A stretch of 54,002 nt of DNA from contig CAUYUJ010000274.1 of NCBI GenBank assembly GCA_963575745.1, positions 62,001 through 116,002 of the forward strand. Direction: 5' to 3'. The stretch's first letter is position 1, and the number at the start of each line of letters is the position of its first letter. The translations under genes and the position numbers were made by a program. The notes beneath the pieces were generated by a model that saw nothing but the letters and a program-made list of their open reading frames with translations, was not told where the DNA came from and made no database searches. This DNA is from Prorocentrum cordatum. Lineage: Eukaryota. Shown in pieces: positions 1 to 11,195 of this stretch.

Positions 1-6
1 TCATCA

Positions 7-52
<46 letters not shown>

Positions 53-423
53 CTCTCCTCTCGTCCTCCTCCTCCTCGTCGTTCTCCTCCTCCTCCTTGG
101 CCACCTCCTCCTCCTCCTCCTCCTCCTCCGCCTCCTCCTCCTCCTCCACACCTCCACCCCTAATCTTCCTTCTCACACGCTCCTTACTCTCTTCATTATG
201 TTTCTTTGGCCTCCTCCTTCTCCTCCTCCTCTGCCTCCTCCGCCTCCGCCGCCTCCTCCTCCCTCCCTCCTCCTCCCCGCGGTGCTGCCAGGGCCCCCCC
301 CTTTCCCCCCGGGCGTCCAGCGAGCCGCGCACGAGCCGGAGGATGGGCACCCGGGCGCGGAGGACGACCTCGGCTGCGCGAGGGGAGGGGAGCAAGGAGG
401 GGGGGGCAAAGGCAGAGGAGCAA

Positions 424-639
424 GAGATCGTTTTTTTTGAATCGGTGATGACCCGGGTTATCCGGGGAGGAGGAGGGGGCCGACGTATAACCTAACCTTC
501 GGGCTTTGGGCAACCCTGCATATTATGCCCGCGCCCCCCCACCCCGGACCTGCACAAACAGCAAGGTTCGGTTATCCCGGAGGGCGGGGGGGGCAAGCCC
601 GATAACCCGGGTTATCGCCGGACCCAAAAAGACAGTCTC
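424..639. mobile_element. MITE with ~43-bp imperfect TIRs
   Basis: GAGATCGTTTTTTTTGAATCGGTGATGACCCGGGTTATCCGGGG versus the reverse complement of CCCCGATAACCCGGGTTATCGCCGGACCCAAAAAGACAGTCTC. Confidence 0.65.
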
Positions 640-989
640 CAGGGGAGCGGCTCCGAAACTATCTTTTTGGGGGAGGGACGAGGTACCAGCATGAGCCCTG
701 CAGCGGTCAAGAAGAGGAGGAGGAGGCGGAGGCTACAACCACACGCGTGCTCAATTATTCGTGGGTTGCGATATAAACGCCCGTCTCAAGTCTCTAGATA
801 ACAGTGCGTGAGCGCGCACCTCCCCTCGCCAAATAGTTCTTCAAGGTTGACGGGCAAGCAGCGGCCCCCGCCAAAGCGGGCGTTTATTTCGCAACGCTTC
901 GCGCTCCCTTCCAGCGCGGGGGGATGGGGAAGAGGCAGCGGGACAGGGGAGCGGCTCCGAAACTGTCCTTCCGGGGAGGGACGAGTTTC

Positions 990-2590
990 AGGGGGGAGGC
1001 CTCTTGGAGGCCTCCTGGGCCGTCTCGGGACCCCTGGCCATCGCTCGGACGTCCATTCCCTGTGTTTTTGTTCATCGATGGTCCTCGCTGAAAGAAAGAT
1101 GCACACGTCCGAGCGATGCCAAGGGCCCTCCTGGACCGTCTTTGGGCCATCTGAGGCCATCTTGGAACGCTCCTGGACGGTCTTAGGGTCTCTTGGAGCT
1201 CTCGTGGACCGTCTCAGGGCCGTCATCGACGCCTCTGGGGCCCCTCTTGCGCCCGTCTGAGGCCGTCTTGGACGCCTCTTGGGCCGCCTCGGGGGGGAAG
1301 AGGGACGCTTAGACCATCCCTTCCCCCTCTCGCCCCTCCCCTGGACCCCTCCTTCGAGGGCTTCGCCACACCACAACGTCATCACTTGTACCTCGATCTT
1401 CCCGTTACCTGGGCCAGCACGGGAACGGAAGGAGCTCTGCAGGAACTTGTCCGAGAGGGCTCATGGCACCAATCACTCTTGGGAGCCTTGGCGTGAAGAA
1501 CTTGTTGCGTCATCGCTTACTGTTGGGAACCCTGATGTTCAGAGACTTGTACGTTGCCGCTCGCTCTTGGGTGCCTTGCTGTTCAGAGCTCTTTACGTCA
1601 CCGCGTTCTGGGGAGCCTTGGTGTTCAGAACTTGTTACGTCACCGCTCGCTGTTGGGAGACATGGTGTTACTTGGCGTCTCTGGGGCTTCATCGGAGTCT
1701 TCTGGTGGCCCTGTTGGACCGTTTTGGGACTCTTAGGCCGTCTTGGGGCCAACCCAGTCCTCACACCGCCTCTTCGGGCCCTCCTGGGGCCGTCTTGGGG
1801 CTCTCGTGGGGCCGTCTTGGGGCCCTCTTGGGCCGTTGTGGGGCCCTCTGGGGGGGCCCTCTTGGACCGTTATCGGGCCCCTTTGGGGCCTCTGGGGCCG
1901 TCTGGGGACGATCTTTGGGACCTCTTGGGCCGTCTGGGGCCCTTCTGGGCTCGAAACAGCGAGAACCCCAACAACCTTGAAACACCTAAGGAACCACAAT
2001 GCGTTTGGCCTCCTGAGGCCCTCGGGGAAGGCCGTTTTGAGGCTCTTGGGCCGTCTTGGGTCCAGCCCAGTCCCCACACCCAAGCAGCCCAGTCCCCACA
2101 CCGCTTCTTCGGGCTCCGTTGGGAATCTCTTGGGAGCCTATCGAGGCCCTCTTGGGGCTCTCTTGGGATCCTATCGAGGCCCTCTTGGGACTTTTGGGGC
2201 CGTCTTGGGGCCCTCAGGGGCTGTTTTGGGACCCTCTTGGGCCGTCTGGGGGCCCTCTTGGACCGTTGTCGGCCCCTTTGGGATGCCTCTGGGGCCGTCT
2301 GGGGATAACCTTTGGAGCCTCTTAGGCAATTGTGGGCCGTTCTTTGCCCGAAAAGGCGAGAACCCGAAAAACATTCAAAAACCATTAAAAATCAATGAGT
2401 GTTGCCTCCTTGGGCCCTCTTGGGAGGCTTCTTGAAGCCTGTTGGGTCGTCTCGGAACCCTGTTGGACGGTCTTGAGGCCGGTCTGGGGGTCTCTTGAAG
2501 CGCTCTTGGGCCGTCTTGGAGCCCTCTTGGACTCCTCTTGGGTCCCACTTGGGCCGTCCTGAGCGCTTCTTGGGCCTTCTCGGGGGAAGG
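990..2590 (-). repeat. Degenerate 10-11-mer minisatellite (CCAAGAGGCC/CCAAGACGGC); also 5240-5800 and 51190-51600 on +
   Basis: Recurrent CTCTTGGGCCGTCTTGG motifs. Confidence 0.8.
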
Positions 2591-2804
2591 CCTGGCCATT
2601 ACATCCGATCCGGGTCCGCCTCACCCCTCCTCTGCGATCCTCCCAGAGGTGAATATTCCTCCTGTAGGGGGACAGGCCCGACTTCACCGCACGTGGGGTG
2701 GCGTCGTTTGCTTGCGGTTCGAATTCTCGCATTCCAGCCCGATCGCACGGGCCAGCATCGACACCAAACCGAAATGGACCCTGGCAGGTGTGGAACCCTC
2801 CATG

Positions 2805-2974
2805 ACTACCTACCAGACCACCCCAACCCAACCCGAAGACCCGAATTTGACCCGAATTTCGGGTTGGGGGGGGTACGGATACCATGTGTTTTTTCAACGT
2901 TCCCCGACCCCCCCCCACTGGAAATTGAGGATAAATTTGGGCCTTCGGGTTGGGTTGGGGTGGTTTGGTGGGTG
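2805..2974. mobile_element. MITE, TIR CYACCYACCARACCACCCCAACCCAACCCGAAG (second copy ~41583-41746)
   Basis: ~33-bp TIRs; the copy at 41.6 kb is flanked by TGA/TGA (3-bp TNA TSD, PIF/Harbinger-like). Confidence 0.8.
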
Positions 2975-4467
2975 GAACCCTCCACGGGTGGGGGACCAGC
3001 TCTTCGTCCCGAGCAGCTCTTGGGCGGCACCCTGGGGCCCAGGGAGGGCGCTCGGCTGCACGCGAGGAATGACCCCCTGCGCCGGGAGTGACCTTCGGTG
3101 CTGGCCCGCAGGGGTCCCCGCGGCACGGGGGGCCAGGAGGAGGAGGAGGAGGAGGAGGAGGAGGAGGAGGAGGAGGAGGAGGAGGAGGAGGAGGAGGAGG
3201 AGGAGGAGAGGAGAGGAGGAGGAGGAGGAGGAGGAGGAGGAGGAGGAGAAGGAGGAGGAGGGCCGGCAACGGCCACCCCCCCCCCCGCCGTGGCTTCCAC
3301 TCGGCTGCACGCAAGAGCGGCCCCAGAGGGGAGAGTGGCCCTTGGTGCGCGGCTGCCGGCGGGCGCGGGGGGGCAGGCCCACGCGCGCAGCGGCCGCTGC
3401 TGCCGCACCGCAGCGCAGTCCGCGATCGCGGGGCCATGCGGCTCTGCCCCGCAGCCTCTGGAAGCGCGGTGGCAGATGCGCGTGGCAGCGCAACCTGCTA
3501 GTCTGGAATTGGCGAGCGGGCGCCCATGCTCGTCGTCCTCCTCTCCTCCTCCTCCTCCTCCTCCTCCTCTCCTCCTCCTTCCTCCTCCTCCTCCTCCTCC
3601 TCCTCCCCTCCTCCTCCTCCTCCTCCTCCTCCTCCTCCTCCTCCTCCCCTCCTCCTCTCCTCCTCTCCTCCTCCTCCTCCTCCTTCCTCCTCCCTCCTCT
3701 CCCTCTCCTCTCCTCCTCTTCCTCCTCTCTCCTCCCTCTCCTCCTCCTCCTCCTCTCTCCTCCTCCTCCCTCCTCCTCCTCCTCCGTCACCTTGGCCCCC
3801 TCCCCGAAGAGCCCCGGGCGGAGGTGGCGACGCCGCGGGGCGCCATCGCGAAGCAGCGCGAGCCGCTGGAACCCAGAGGAATGCTCCCGTGCCAGCCCAT
3901 GCCGTGGCGGCCGGTGCGGCGAAGTGCCCCTGCGGGGCCCGCGGGTGCCTGCCTGAGCCCGCGCGTGCCTGTGAGGGCCCGACTGCTCAACGGCAGGGGA
4001 GGATGAGAGGCGGGGCGGGGAGGGGCAAGGAACAGGGAGGGCGGGGACGGGACCCCCTCCTCCTCCTCCTCCTCCTCCTCCTACCTCTCCTCCTCCTCTC
4101 CCTCCTCCTCCTCCTCCTCCTCCTCCCTCCTTCTTCGTTATCCTCCTCTGCTCATTCTCCTCCTCCTCCTCCTCCTCCTCCTCTTCCTCCTCCTCCCGTC
4201 TTCTCTTCCACCCTTCTCATCAACCTTGTTATTATTATCATTATTCCTCCTGCTCCACCTCCTCCTCCTCCGCATCCTCCTCCGCATCTTCCTCCGCATC
4301 CTCCTCATCCCCCCTCGCCCCACGCATCTTCCTTTTCTCCCATACACCCGTTCACCCCCTTCTCTCCCGCCCCCCCCTCCCCTTCTGCCCTCCTCCTTCC
4401 CCTCCTCATCCTCCTCCTCCTCCTCATCCTCATCCTCCTCCTCTTCGTCCTCCTCTTATCAATCCCT

Positions 4468-6015
4468 TTTCCTTATAAACAACTTCTCTCTGTCGCACCC
4501 CGAGGCCGGTCGAAAGGGCGGGCCAGGCGTTTCGCCTGAGACTTCCCCACCATTTATGACCCTGAAGCTTAAACATTGGCACCAGTTTCACAGGTGGAGG
4601 GCGGGTGGTTTTGAACATGTGGCTCTCACCTTAGCGCCGCTCGCATTCGTTGTAAAGACTTGCAAGAGCTTCACAGATTGAGGGCGGGTGGTTTTCAAAG
4701 TGTGGCTCTCGCCTGAGCGCCGCGCACATTCGTTTAACACACATTGCAAGAGTCTCGCGGATTGAAGGCGGTTCCTTTTCAAAATGTGGCTTTCGCCTTA
4801 GCGCCGCGCACATTCCTTCTACAAAATTGCAAGGGTTTCACGGATTCCCGTGGACGTACCAGAAACGGTGCTTGGAAAGATTCAGGATTATGAGGGTGCA
4901 GCAATTACATTGATTCGCGGTGTTGAAGTCCCAAGAATGGCGTTCTGGCACGATTCGAGATCGTCAAGACGCAACAATCAGGTTGATCCGTGGCAGTGGA
5001 ATTCCGAGAATTCGCCGGCCCAACGGGCCAGGGCGTGCTAAGATCTCCGGTACCTGGTTAACAGTATTTCTAGTTCGCGCGCGCGGGGCGGCCCCTGGGG
5101 GTCCCCGGACGAAAAGTACCCCGGCAAGGTCCCGGCAAGTCCCCGGCAAGATCCCGGCAAGTCCCCGGCAAGGTCCCGGCAAGTCCCCGGCAAGGTCCCG
5201 GCAAGGTCGGGCCAGAGATGCCGGAGCCCTGTTACAGGGCCCCAGGACGGGCCAAGAGGTCCCCAAGAAGCCTCCAAGACGGTCCAAGAGGGCCCCGAGA
5301 CGGCCAACGATCGCCCGAAGACGCCCAACAGGGCCCCAAGACAGCCCAAGAGGCCTCCAAGACGCCCCAAGGGCCTTCCAAGAGGCCTCCGAAGAGGGCC
5401 CCAAGAGGCCAAAATCGTTGATTTCCATTGTTTTTTCTATGTTTTTTGCGTTCTGGCTTTTTCGGCTTCCGGACGCTCCAAGACGGCCCAAGAGGCCCCC
5501 AAGACCGCTCCAAGACGGCCCACGAGGCTCCCCAGACGGCCCCGGAACGGCCCAGGAGGGCCCCCAAGACGGCCCAAGTGCCGCCCAAGACGGACCAAGA
5601 GGCCCCAAGACGGGCCCAAGAGGGGCTCAAGAGGAGAACCGAGAACTGAAAAATCGAGCCCTCCGCCCCAGAAGGCGCCCAGGAGGCCCCAAAAAGGCCC
5701 CAAGAGGCTCCCAAGAGGCCCCCAAGACGCCCCAAGAGGCGCCCAAGAGGCCCAAAAGAGGCCCCAAGAGGCCCAAAAACGGCCCCCAAGAGGCCCCCAA
5801 ACTCGGCTAGCCCACAACGGTGCGACAATATGGGCCGGCGGAATGAGCGAAGCGATTAAATAATGTTGGAGTCCGCGTTGGATCCGGACGGTTGTCTTCC
5901 AACGAGGCAGTCCCCTCAGTGGAAATGAGGCCTGGCAGGTGCCCATGAGGAGGGAGCCTGGAGAGAGGGTGTACTCCAACACCGTTGACGCCTCTTGGGC
6001 TTCATCACCCTGGTC
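4468..6015 (+). repeat. Dispersed repeat family R78 (internal ~78-bp tandem units), copy 1, interrupted by 5012-5861
   Basis: Homologous to 40354-40900, 37873-38358 and 17160-17865 (inverted). Unit core TGTGGCTYTCGCCTNAGCGCCGCGCACATTC. Confidence 0.85.
5012..5861 (+). mobile_element. Non-autonomous Helentron/Helitron2-type (HINE/DINE-like) element
   Basis: The 5' CGCCGGCCCA (5013-5022) lies within the palindrome GGCCC-AAC-GGGCC. Its exact inverse TGGGCCGGCG (5831-5840) is subterminal and followed by a GCGAAGC hairpin and ATTAAAT. The element interrupts a repeat whose uninterrupted paralog is at ~40800-40880. Internal 11-mer and CCAAGAGG minisatellites. Confidence 0.75.
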
Positions 6016-7224
6016 CTCCTCCTTCCTCCTCCGCCTCCTGCAACGACTGCGAACGACGAGACGACGTCGGCCCCCAAGGCCACCTCCTCCTCCTCCTCCT
6101 CCTCCTCCCCTCTCCTCCCCTCCTCCTCCTCCTCCTCATCCTCCCTCCCAGCCTCCTCCTCCTCCTCCTCCTCCTCCTCTCCCTCCTCCTCCTCCCTGCT
6201 CCCTCCTCCTCTCCTCCTCCTGCTCCTCCTCCTCCTCCTCCTCCTCCTCCTCCGCCTCCTGCTCCTCTGCTCCTTCCCCCCTCCTCCCTCTCCTCCTCCT
6301 CCTCCCCTCCTCCATCCTCTCCTCCTCCGCCTCCTCCTCCTCCTCCTCCTCCTGCCTGCAACGACTGCGAACGACGAGAATACGTCGGCCCCCAAAGGCC
6401 TCCTTCACCTCGAAAGGCGTGCCCTCCATCGAGCCCGCGAGCCTCCACAGCACGGCCTCCGCCCGCGCGGCTGGGGCGGCCGCTCTCCGACGATCGCCCG
6501 ACGCCGACGCCGTCATGGAGAGGAGGAAGGGGAGGAGAGGAAGGGAAGGGGAGGAGGAGGAGGAGGAGGAGGAGGAGGAGGAGGAGGAGGAGGAGGAGGA
6601 GGAGGAGGAGGAGGAGGAGGAGGAGGAGGAGGAGGGAGGAGGAGGAGGAGGAGGGAGGAGGGAGGAGGAGAGGAGGAGGAGGAGAGGAGGAGAAGAAGAG
6701 AAGAGGAGGAGGAGGAGGAGGGGGGAATGAGGTTTGGGGGGGGAGGTGGGGGGGGAGGAGGCAGGAACAAGCGGGGGGAGGAGGAGAAGGGATCATCGTA
6801 GAGAAGGAGTTACGGACGCTGCGACCATGTCGCTTACTGAATCGAGCATCCCACCCTCTGATCACGACGGGGAACGCGAGGTCCAAGAAACCCCGCCCTA
6901 AGGCAGTTTACCATATTACATATGACGGTCATGCCCCTCCAAGTGCAGGTACCCAGGAACAGGATGCAATGCGCGAAACCAACGTACATCCAATTCAAAT
7001 ATTCGGAATGCTGCCGCAGACAGTCGTTCAAGAGCTCTTCCTCTCCTCCTCCTCCTCCGCAGCAGCAACAACAACAGCATCAGTATCATCATCATCATCA
7101 ACACCACCACCATCAACATCAGCATCCTCACCATCACTATCACCGTAACAACCAACATCACCAGCAACGTCATCACGACCACCATCACCATCACCACCAC
7201 CACCACAATAAGAATCATCATCAG

Positions 7225-7256
<32 letters not shown>

Positions 7257-7347
7257 GCATCATCATCATCATCATCATCAGCATCAGCATCATCATCATC
7301 ATGACCATCATCATCATCATCGTCATCATCAGCAGCAGCATCACTAG

Positions 7348-7417
<70 letters not shown>

Positions 7418-8060
7418 AGCAGCATCAGCAGCAGCATCAGCATCAGCAGCATCAGCATCAACATCAGCGTCATCAGCATCAACATCAGCATCATCAGCAT
7501 CAGCATCACCATCATCCGACTAATCCCCCCTCCCTCAACTCTCCTCCCTCCCCTCTCCTCCCTCTCGCTCTCTCTCGGCCGAAGAGTCGTGCGACGCGGC
7601 CGCCTGTCCTGCCCCCGCCCCACGGCTGTACCCGGTGGGGCGGGGGGGGGGCTACTTAGGGAGAAGGTGAGAACCTGTAACTAGGGAAAGGCTAGACGAA
7701 AAACTGTGGGGCTCGCGGAAAAGGGCGCGGCGGAGGAAGAGAAGGAGAAGACGGAGGAGGAGGAGGAGGAGGAGGAGGAGGAGGAGGAGGAGTAGGAGGA
7801 GGGGGAGGAGGAGGAGGAGGAGGAGGAGGAGGAGGAGGAGGAGGAGGAGGAGGGGGAGGAGGAGTAGGCAGGAGGAGGAGGAGGAGGAGGAGGAGGAGGA
7901 GGAGGAAGATGGGGGACCAGGAGGGGACGTGGGAGCATGGATGGGGAAGCGAAGGAAGGAGAGGTCCTCGGGCCCCTGTTTGGCAGGGGGGGCGCCCCCG
8001 CGCCCCCAGGCACCTCCTCCTCCTCCTCCTCCTCCTCATCCACCTCCTCCTCCTCCTCCC

Positions 8061-9467
8061 AAGGTGTCGCTCTCGGGCGGCCGCCGTGAACGTGCGCGGT
8101 TGCCCATGGAGCAGGCAGGTGGCAGGGTGCAGCTCAGTAGACTCGTGGCTGTGGCATCGTTGGCACTGCAGGTGATCAAATCTCCGCGGGCCCCCCTTGT
8201 ACTCAAGGTCGCCTGGGACGTTCCCTACGTTTCCAGTGGGGTCGCAGCGGGGGAAGCTCTGGCAGGCCGACAGGTTGCGCGTTGCTGGTTGCGAGCAGGT
8301 GCAATCATTTTGTTAGAGATTACATAGAGTTTGGTCGTTTCAGGGGGAACTTGCAGGGTGGCTGGGTGTTCCGAGGTGCAAGACGGAGCACAAGGACGAG
8401 ACGGCGATTGTGGCATATGCACTGGTGGAGCCAGCAGGGGGACAAGGGCGTGCTGCTGCGACTAGCGTATGCAAAAGAGTTTGGGATGCAGTGGGCGGGT
8501 TGGCGAGTGAGCGCCCTACTAGAACCGTCCCCATCATGCTATTGGATGCGAACGCAAGAATTGGGTCGACTGGCGGTGAAGCAAGTGGGCAGTGTAATCC
8601 AGATCGGGAGAACATACATGGAGGTTGTTTCTGTTCAGAGATATGTTAGAGGAGCACCACATTTGCGCGCTGAACATATTTCATGAATACTCGCCGACGT
8701 ACTACCATGGTGATGGAGTGTCTACGGCCAGGATGGACTAGCTTTGACAGACCTGTGCGGGCATGCGACTTCGTGCAGAGTGTGGGAGAAGGCTCGGGAA
8801 GCGCTGCAACTGATCAACACTCGAACTGGAAGAGATCATTTCCCTGTGGTCGCAATTCTTGAGTTCGATTATTCTCTGATCTGACATGTTTATATGTATA
8901 GAAAGATATATCGAGAGAGCGAGAGAGAGAGAGAGAGAAAAAGAATAACCAACGAGTTAGGGGTAGCAACAACATAAGCTGCGCCGCTCTGTTCGGGGAA
9001 TGCAGGCATGAGTTGTTAGATGCTGTAAACAGGGCGTTGGGGCAAGTTGCGCATGAGGCTGAGAACATACCCTGACAGAGTTCCGATTCGACGTAGTTAG
9101 AAGTGTACAATGCTGCGAGACCTGTAGCGCTCGAATTCTCAAGACCCAGCCAAGGCACGTGGCTAGGCCAAGCGATGCTTCAGAAGCGCTAGAGAAGCGA
9201 ACACAGCTTCGTCTGCATCTTCGCTCCTTACTCGTTCGGCCCCTGCCTTCTCTCCCCCCCGAGTCGCTCGGATCGCTCACGGTTGAGTTGCTGAATATAC
9301 TTCTTGGAGTCACTGCGGAGTCGTTGCTCGAATTGCTCCCACTCGCTGCGAGTGGACATTTAGTTGAAACATGCAAGAATGTTAGTGCCTGCTTGGAATG
9401 AATGTGCGAACTGGCTATGTATATGATGCTGTGCTGCAAGGCGGACAAAGAAATCAGGAAATTCACG
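8061..9467 (+). pseudogene. Decayed LINE 5' fragment (APE domain and linker), truncated by gap
   Basis: GELAGWLGVPRCK...AIVAYALVEP, PIMLLDANARIG, GQCNPDRENIHG, LQLINTRTGRDHFP and ALFGECRHELLDAVNRAL...LEVYNAARPVALEF are collinear with the APE/linker of the 23.5-28.4 kb LINE. Many stops. Confidence 0.7.
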
Positions 9468-9567
9468 NNNNNNNNNNNNNNNNNNNNNNNNNNNNNNNNN
9501 NNNNNNNNNNNNNNNNNNNNNNNNNNNNNNNNNNNNNNNNNNNNNNNNNNNNNNNNNNNNNNNNNNN
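9468..9567. other. Assembly gap (100 N)
   Basis: Run of N; the two flanks belong to different elements. Confidence 1.
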
Positions 9568-11195
9568 GGCCAACCAGCGGCCGAATTCAATCTTCGGGAA
9601 CACGCCCTTGCAGGCTACGCATTTCCAACATCCGCGTTGCACTCTCGCTCTCTCGGTGCAACGCATGCACTTCCGGTCCTGATCAGCCACGTTGGCCCAC
9701 ATGCGACCCGAAAAGAACTCGCGTGGTTGACATTTCCCGCACTCCACGCAAACTTTGGCATTCTTCCGCCCTTCCGTCAGCCGGTTTGCATTTGCAGCTT
9801 CGATGCAACGCATGCACTTGCGGTCCTGAGCAGCCACGTCGCCCCACATGCGACCAGAAAAGAACTCGCGCCGCTGAGACTTCCCACACTCCGCGCAAAT
9901 CTTCGAACACTTCCTAGATTGCGCATTCCGCTCTGCAGCCTCGGTGTCGACGCACGCGGTACACACTACCGACGCTCTGTCCGTGTGGTCCAACTGGTAC
10001 CTGGAAAACTCTGCCTTGTTCTTCGACTTCCCGCACTTTGAGCATACGACCGTTTTTTCAGCCTCCGCCCGCGCCTTCTCCTCCTTTCGCAGCAACTTCA
10101 CACGCGCCTTGCATGTGGGTTCGTCGTTGACCCGTTCCGCTTTAGAAAACTCACGCGGCAGCTTCTGGTGACCACAGCGCGAACACTTCAGGTGCTTCTC
10201 CAGCTCCTCGCACTCCAGGCACATTCCCCCTTTACATCGGGAGTTTCCTGCCTTGTCCCACTGAAACTCCGCGAACGCTGCCTCGTACTTCCGCTCGTCG
10301 CACACATAACACATTCGCCTCTCGGGGCAGTCCACGCAACGCCGTGACGTCAACTTCGAGCTGTGGTGCTGGGAAGCGTGGAAAGCGCTCTCGCCCTTCC
10401 AATAAAAGCACTCCATGCACTGCCACGGCGTACCAATGCTCTTTTTGCCTTCCAAGCACACCGTGCACACGCGGAGTCCGTCGTCCCGGCTCCACTGCCC
10501 GCGCGCATACTGGTTCTTGTACTTCACCGACGAGCACACCGCGCACCTCCCTGCAGGCATGAACTCCTTCTCGATTGCATTCCAATCGATGGGGTCATTG
10601 GGATCGCCCCGCAAGAGCTGCAAAAGGTATCCGGGCCCCTTCCGCTCCTTCTGAGTGCACGGCTCGCGGTCGAAAGACCGGAAAATCAACATGTCCTCGC
10701 GGCGACGCACGCGCGTCAGAGCCACATAACTCGACAACGGCGACGTTCCCCCGCCAATCCTCAGAACCACGATGACGCCTTGCTTAAAAGTCTGGCCCTG
10801 TGCTGAGTGGGCCGTGACTCCAAACGCTGGGGCCAAGGGGAACTGCCGCCGCTTCACTTTCAGACGCGGGCACGGCCGGCCCTTGTCCACGAACCAATCT
10901 TTTTTTTGCGGAGTTACTGGGTGCAGGCCCGGCGTGGTCAGCCCCTTTATCGTCCACACGCACGGTTTTGCGTTCCCTGCCTCATCGAGACCCTCATCGA
11001 ATTGGACAAATATCACTTTCGGCGTCTTCTGCAAGATAGTCTCCCCTCCCCGGGAGACGCGCCCTGTTCTTTCGTCGCCATCACATACCCATGAGTGCAC
11101 GGTCCCCACGCGTCCGCGAAGCAGGTACTTGTCTTCGCTGCGGTCGATGTGATCGGTGAGGGCCACAGGCAGTCCCTCCGCGATCGGCAAAAAAA
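9568..11195 (-). CDS. RepHel C-terminal part: PIF1 motifs V-VI followed by tandem C4 zinc-finger (Stc1-like) array; runs into gap
   Basis: LPIAEGLPVALTDH, RRQFPLAPAFGVTAHSAQGQT (motif V) and SYVALTRVRRREDM (motif VI), then 8 units of roughly CxxC-x3-K-x4-F/Y(S)-xx-Q(W)-xn-CxxC (the last truncated). This continues the 11081-16495 ORF after a +1 frameshift. Confidence 0.9.

Noticed and set aside
4590..4850. CRISPR-like ~78-bp periodicity
   Set aside because: Whole units are repeated, and they are part of a dispersed repeat family.
97..8043. Many long ORFs (poly-P/S/E/R/L/H/M), also at 17.7-20.9, 34.4-37.1, 39-40.5 and 46.5-48.6 kb
   Set aside because: They are translations of CCT/ATC/TAG microsatellites and GC-rich minisatellites with no domain content.
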